DNA of 64,000 bases. Source: Hydrolagus affinis (taxonomy: Eukaryota). The stretch is from positions 1 through 64,000 of the forward strand of contig JAAILG010001340.1 in NCBI GenBank assembly GCA_012026655.1, in the 5' to 3' direction. Below, in pieces: positions 63,001-64,000 of the stretch. How positions within the stretch are numbered: position 1 is the stretch's first letter; each line of letters opens with the position of its first letter. The notes under the pieces were generated by a model, which ran no database searches, was not told the origin of the DNA, and saw only the letters and a program-made list of their open reading frames with translations. The translations under genes were made by a program, and so were the position numbers.

Positions 63001-64000
63001 TTACACCATTCTCACTAAGTTACCACACCAAGTGCTGCAGTACAACTAGAGCATTTGCAAAATTACACAATCCGGTTTATTGATTATTGTTTAAAAACAG
63101 AAGAATTTCACTGAACATTTCATTTTTCCCGAATAAAAATACCACAATTAATAGCAAAACTATTTTTGTAAGTATTATCATTCCTGCTCATTCATCTATT
63201 TATTCATACAATGCATGAAACATAAAATGCAAAGCAGCATAGCATCAGCAAAAATTTAGAAGTGTCCTATAGATATATGTCAATGTGTAGAATGAGGTGC
63301 CAGAGATTATTTACAGTTAATCTTACATCATTTGTTTCCAAGCTACCTTTCATTGTCTTAAATGATTTTTTAAAATACATTTGATAGAGAACACTCTGTG
63401 TAGCCATAGAAAAATGTTAAGATTGCATTAGAGCTAGAATATCTCACTTGACTCAAACCCAGAATCCAATTTGGCTATTGTACAATAAGGTACAAATGAA
63501 ATGCTTAACCAGCACCTCCTTCTGGCTGCTCCACAGCCTGCATTATCAGAGGGTAGTTCAAGGAGCTTACAATGCAGAGATTCACCCACAATTGAAGAGC
63601 CTGCCAGAAATCACAGATAAAGAATGACCACTTTGGATGACGTACTTTGTGGACCCATACCTCATCAAAGACACAGTGTCTTTAATAAAGGAAAGAAAAG
63701 GGGAGAAAATGGGAAAAAAGTAAATCACTTAAAAGCAATTTTCATTGAACCATAATTAACCTGGATGCACCAATTTCTGGTTCAAATAGAATTGCTTATT
63801 AGAGTGATTTTGCTGAACAGCACATTTTGTTTTATAAAAAAAACTATTGCTACTCCTGGTAGGAATTGAATGTTCATACACATTAGCCTGTAAGATTTAC
63901 ACATTAATCATTGAAAGGAATAGGACAATTAGCTGATTGAAATAGTTTCAGTCTATTATTATAGTATATTCATTCTCTAAATTTTGTAAGTATTGTGTCA

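Noticed and set aside
49046-64000. Next upstream INPP5A exon (expected NIHLFHDASN motif)
   Set aside because: Not found by eye on the - strand. It probably lies beyond the window; a TBLASTN would confirm.
1-64000. CRISPR array or prokaryotic/viral system
   Set aside because: There is no regularly spaced repeat-spacer structure and no long intronless ORF. The recurring 30-60 bp motifs are dispersed SINE/LINE tails.

Overview
This is AT-rich vertebrate genomic DNA. Its tRNA-SINE, Deu-domain SINE, L2 and CR1 repeats suggest a cartilaginous fish such as a chimaera; that is an inference, not verified. Two genes converge tail-to-tail. The last coding exon and 3'UTR of the homeobox gene NKX6-2 lie on the + strand (CDS 330-584). 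The 3' half of INPP5A (type I inositol-1,4,5-trisphosphate 5-phosphatase) lies on the - strand as seven GT-AG coding exons that splice in frame (49045->6290, ending in the CaaX box CVVQ), followed by a final exon carrying the 3'UTR. The introns hold many SINE, L2, CR1 and Tc1/mariner-type fragments, several of them nested with visible target-site duplications, plus repeat-free motif-dense blocks that look like NKX6-2 enhancers. The most interesting signal is a second, internal splice donor in the CaaX exon. It would join in frame to the final exon and swap the farnesylated CVVQ tail for an unprenylated basic tail (GKRCQRNEKIFREPAF*). I see no prokaryotic system, CRISPR array or new long protein-coding gene, and I cannot claim any undescribed system with confidence. 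Repeat and enhancer boundaries were read by eye and are approximate.
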